From: Asterionella formosa | Taxonomy: Eukaryota | Direction of reading: 5' to 3' | Length of the DNA stretch: 37,801 nt | NCBI GenBank assembly: GCA_002256025.1 | Contig: NKIB01015187.1 | Span: 1 to 37,801 of the forward strand | Part shown: positions 33,396-37,801 of the stretch, one piece after another | How the letters are laid out: each line of letters begins with the position of its first letter | Position numbering within the stretch: the stretch's first letter is position 1 | Notes under the pieces: generated by a model | The model's database searches: none | The model's input: only the letters and a program-made list of their open reading frames with translations | What the model was told of the DNA's origin: nothing | Position numbers and translations under genes: made by a program

Positions 33396-33683
33396 GGGAA
33401 TGGCTTAGTTGGTTTAGCACGTTGCCTTTGATCTGAGGTCGTTGTGAGGTTCGATTCTTGCAAATTTTTTGAGAAGCAATTGTTGGGTTTATCTCACACA
33501 CTCCTTACCATCCCGCACGGTCTTTCCTGGTGTGCAAGAAATAGTGGTGGGTTGCCCCCCTACTTCCAGCAGCTTGTGCTGCCTTCCTAGGCAGTCAGAG
33601 TTTCCCCTAACGCTATGGCTAAGATGATCACCTTTTGCGAAAGGTGGTTGGGGACTCACCTAAGCTGCGTCTGCAAATAAAAA
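33396..33683 (+). mobile_element. tRNA-derived SINE-like element or tRNA pseudogene with 3' body
   Basis: Pol III A-box TGGCTTAGTTGG (33401-33412) and B-box GGTTCGATTC (33448-33457) at tRNA spacing, but no intact acceptor stem. A GC-richer body follows, with hairpin GATCACCTTT..AAAGGTGGTT and an AAATAAAAA end. Confidence 0.55.
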
Positions 33684-34599
33684 GTATCATGCATATAGGA
33701 TCAAGGGTATTGTACGCTAAGTGGCACAGGATTTTCGTATATATGATAATTTTTGGATCAAAACTATGATCAAGGTATCCTATAACTATGATGATTTATT
33801 AATATTTTACCAACCTTGAAGCATAATGATAATAAGAACATTATCATCACACAATGTATATCAACTGATCAACAACATTACTCGTCATCATCATAAACCT
33901 TCTCATATTATTTTCAATTCTTGTGATTGCCCGATGTATATTATTACTACAACGCATCCTAAAATCAGCTCAACTCTATGCTACCATGTAAATTGTTTCA
34001 TCGTAAATCTATTGTAAACATGATCATAATTCTAATCACAAGCATTTTTCAAAATAGATTGATATGGATCGTAATTTAAATATCAAATTTAGCAATGCTA
34101 TCTATTATTCTACATGCCAGCAACCCAATGTTTCTCTCTCTACTCGGCTCAATGTATATTGTTCCTATCTCGCCCTTTTCTTCCTCTTTTCTGAATCTGG
34201 TGCCAAGCAATGCCTTTCTAATGTTGCGTCTCTCTCCCTGCTGTTAGTGTCATTCTGAACTTGCCGACTATTCCGTTGTTTGATCGGTTTTATTGTCCTA
34301 TGCAGTTACAGTAACAATGAGAAGAAATGACTTGTTAGCTAGACATGTTACACTGACACCACAACATCACGCCATTCCGTCGTATCCTCTTGCTTGCTTC
34401 ACTTACCACAGCCAAATCAAAGCAATTGATGCATAAGTCTGTAATAGTAAATTGTCAGTAAAATCTTGAATAAGTAAGTTTCAGGTTTCCAATGTTGCCG
34501 AATAAAACTTACCGATTCATTTTCGTTAGCTTAACTTTGAGAGAAGGTAAAGTGGCGTTTCCGTCAGATATGTTCCATCAGAAGTGAATAAGTCGAACG

Positions 34600-35200
34600 A
34601 CAAGAGCACTTACCAAATTTGTTTGGTTTTACATTGGTGCCCCCCAACAAGCGAAACGAGCTGCTGAATCAACTGAGAAAAAAGGAAATGTGCGTTTAGT
34701 TTACAATTTGTTGTTGTCCTGCCTCCCAACGATTTTCATCCAAGTACCACATTGATGGCTTCATTACCTTAAATATACTCCATCCTTCGAAGGCGCAATG
34801 TGTCGAAGCCACAATGTTTTTTTTTATTGCGTTAACTTTCCTTTCTTGTCATGTGCTTTACTACAATATTTCTTTTCATGAAGCAGGCATTGTTTGTTAA
34901 CATGACAGAACGATTTCAAATGCATATATTTGCCATGCATATAGTTATAAAATTTGAAAATATATAAATATATCAAGTGTCGTATATTCATAAAAATCAA
35001 AGGAACTCTCAATATGGAATGTCTGGTATTGTTGAGATGATCCTATTCGCATATAGATAATTCGAAAATATTCAATGCACGATATGTCCATTGTTTTCCA
35101 CAACTTCATGTACTGGTACTGTTTTTTTGAAATTTGTTTGCATCAATATTTTCTAAGTCCGTTGGAACTAATTCTTTAGACCATTCAATTGGTGTACTAA
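34600..35200 (-). repeat. Decayed dispersed repeat homologous to ~700-1300 and 4880-4970
   Basis: The reverse complement contains ATTGATGC..TTTCAAAAAAACAGT..GTGGAAAACAATG..TGCATTGAATA..GAATTAT, collinear with 780-870. Confidence 0.7.
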
Positions 35201-35394
35201 GTCATAACCCATTTGTATCATTATTTATATACAAGGATTTTGGTAGCAAATTGTTTGAGCCCCTTTTTTGGGCGGGAGTTCTTCATGTGTACCTGTACAT
35301 TATACGACAATAACAATTTATCATATATATACAGAGTACCAGTAGCAGGTAGGAAGTGATATACTGGGGGTACCAGGTAGTCAGAGTACCAGGT

Positions 35395-35810
35395 AGTAAG
35401 CGAGCAACAGAACACCATATGTTCATGACTGTTGCTACTGCAGTGGGACAGTAAATCATCATAGTTTTAGGATCGTATGATCATAAAATTGAAAAATGAT
35501 AGTCGGAGAGGTAAGCGAGCAACAGAGCACCATATTTTAATCATCATATTTTGAGGATCGTATGATCATAAAATTGAAAAAGGATAGTTGGAGTAGTAAG
35601 CAAGCAACAGAACACCATATGTTCATGACTGTTGCTGCTGCAGCGGGACAGTAAATCATCATAGTTTCAGGATTGTATGATTGTAAAATTGAAAGAGAGT
35701 AGTCGGAGTAGTAAGCGAGCAACAGAACACCATATGTTCATGACTGCTGCTACTGCAGCGGGAAAGTAAATCATCATATTTTTAGGATTGTATAATCGTA
35801 TAATTGAAAA
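35395..35810 (+). repeat. Tandem array, ~115-bp unit (one internally deleted ~85-bp unit), 4 copies
   Basis: GTAAGCrAGCAACAGArCACCATAT at about 35396, 35511, 35597 and 35711, each followed by AATCATCATA..GGAT.GTAT..AATTGAAA. Confidence 0.92.
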
Positions 35811-37057
35811 CAAGATATGCTATTACTCAAACTCAGTTCTGATTTTGTATATGTTAATGTAAATAGCACTGTTGGTTTTATGGTATCATATCTGGACAGC
35901 GTAAAATATTATATGTAGTGGCTGATGATTCATTTCATTGTAGCTAGCAACACCTGATTTTAAGATCATCAAACTTTGAGGAAGATAACGACAACAGTTA
36001 TCTAGTAGAACAAGCAATGTCTTCAAAAAACCATAAAGAGGTTCATGGAAACAAGCGACATGTGGCAAATACTGCCAGTATGGAACAAAGAGGCAAGTAC
36101 CAAAATGATGGGGGGACTACCCCATCATCGATGGGGACACCATCAGCTACTAGTACAAAGGGTCCCGTAATTGATACTGCAAGTGATGATGACATTTCTT
36201 TTTCAGTTGTTGATACAAGAGAAATGGCTCCTGTCGATGATACCATTAATAACTCCCGGATGCAGATAGACGATCATGAATCTGTTCAAATTCATCTGTT
36301 ATTTGAGTGTATTCAAAGGAATCTTCGATTGATTTCATAAGTTTCTTCATCTTCTTTTCCGAAAACATAAAGTCGTATAGTGTAAACAATGGAAGTAAGT
36401 CAGGTTTCTTGTTTGACTGAGGATCCTTTGCATGAAATCCATGAAATGGCATTTGGAAAGCAAGTTGTCAAAGGGCCAGAAGACTATGATGTAAAACAGT
36501 GGAAGGGAAACGCGGAGCTTTTTGCGGCGCTCGTGGAGTTGCAGCTGGAGTGATGGTAACCGAGTGTAGCAATTGTTGAACAGAGCACAGCAGTGTAATA
36601 TGCATGTTCCGCCAGTGTAGTGTTTACACAATACACATGCTGGCATAAATATAGCTATAACAAGGAAAAACGACACAACAATGAACGTGATGGCTGGTTG
36701 TTGAGGATACCGGTATGTGATATACATCAATCCATATCACAAATCATATTATAGTGATGTACATATCAACGCATCTGTATACATAGATCCTATACACCGT
36801 ATAATACTATCATATTAACTGTTGGCTTTTACTGTATACATTTAAAGTCGAATTTATAAGTTAAGTAACATAATTATGATTTAATTATTTATTTTCTATG
36901 ATGTATCGATAACACTTGCGTACATATTTTATTATCATTGTATTATTTTAACATGATCATATTTTGATCAAAATTATATCATAAACATTTTAAGAAATCA
37001 CCATAGTTCTATGATCAATGCATCATAGCTATGTGATATACTTTTTTCAATATTAAG

Positions 37058-37533
37058 TATCATACTTTGGTGATGTATGCATCGATGTAACCCTATCGTG
37101 ATATCACATTATCATCATATCAATCATGATGAGATGATTGGGAACTGTAGTATTCTGCATTGTACTACGGAGTATGATATTATAACACTCACTTTAGTAG
37201 CTAAGTCACTCCTGTAATGTAAACAAGTCGACAGTGCACATACACACACGCTAATCAGGTTTGAGGCAACGGACAGTGGCTGGTTCCAACGAGCGAATAT
37301 CATAATTTGGTGATGTATGCATCGATGTAAACCTATCATGATATCAGATTATCATCTTTTCAATCATGATGATATGATTGGGAACTGTAGTATTCTGCAT
37401 TGTACTACGGAGTATGATATTAAAACACGCACTTTAGTAGCTAAGTCACTCCTGTAATGTAAACAAGTTGACAGTTTACATACACACACGCTAATCAGGT
37501 TTGAGGCAACGGACAGTGGTTCCAACAAGCAAA
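37058..37533 (+). repeat. Tandem duplication, 240-bp unit x2, plus a partial third copy at ~37738-37801
   Basis: TATCATA.TTTGGTGATGTATGCATCGATGTAA at 37058 and 37298. CAGGTTTGAGGCAACGGACAGT occurs three times. Confidence 0.93.
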
Positions 37534-37801
37534 TGACGATACCACCACGGGTACCAATTTTTCCAGCGGCAAACCGCAATGATGAAGGACACTTGTCCCT
37601 CTATTGATGAAGATGACACGGACACCGACTTTTCCAGTAGCAAACAACAATGAAGAGACGCACCCACTTGTCGCTCTATTGATGGTAACAAAGATGCGGA
37701 CAAGTTCAACAGTGAATACAAGAACAACATACCAATGAAAACAAGTCGACAGTGTGTGTACGCACACGCCAAGCAGGTTTGAGGCAACGGACAGTTCCAA
37801 C

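Noticed and set aside
33396..33470. Functional tRNA gene (possible TTG anticodon)
   Set aside because: Acceptor and anticodon stems do not pair properly. Only the A and B boxes are convincing.
36017..36553. Possible gene (MSSKNHKEV... plus downstream frame MEVSQVSC...)
   Set aside because: Short, interrupted, no recognisable domain, and embedded in repeat-rich DNA. It may be a TE-derived remnant but cannot be supported.

Overview
Eukaryotic genomic window, most likely from a diatom or related stramenopile (inferred from short GT-AG introns, a bipartite signal/transit-type N-terminus and the gene content). It comes from a draft assembly with one 66-N gap. Eight intact host genes are supported: a membrane-anchored pepsin-like protein lacking its first catalytic Asp, APC11, a probable plastid hypothetical protein, FHIT, a signal-peptide J-domain/B-lectin protein, RsmE, a large multi-TM class III cyclase-like protein with both metal-binding Asp replaced, and LTN1/Listerin. 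AT-rich, repeat-rich, transposon-derived DNA flanks them at 1-5.6 kb and 32-37.8 kb. The most structured accessory feature is a 6.27-kb PIF/Harbinger element at 8668-14940 with TTA target-site duplication, 14-bp TIRs and 22-bp subterminal inverted repeats. It holds a decayed transposase and partner ORF, plus a third frameshifted ORF with a 2OG-Fe(II) dioxygenase-like HxD...H...R signature, bracketed by a 115-bp tandem array and an inverted partial unit. Non-coding DNA carries many TA-CCGG-TA / TA-CCWGG-TA motifs; alignments between paralogous repeats show several are insertions at TA with TA duplication. A tRNA-derived SINE-like sequence lies at 33.4 kb. All alignments were made by eye and no database searches were run.
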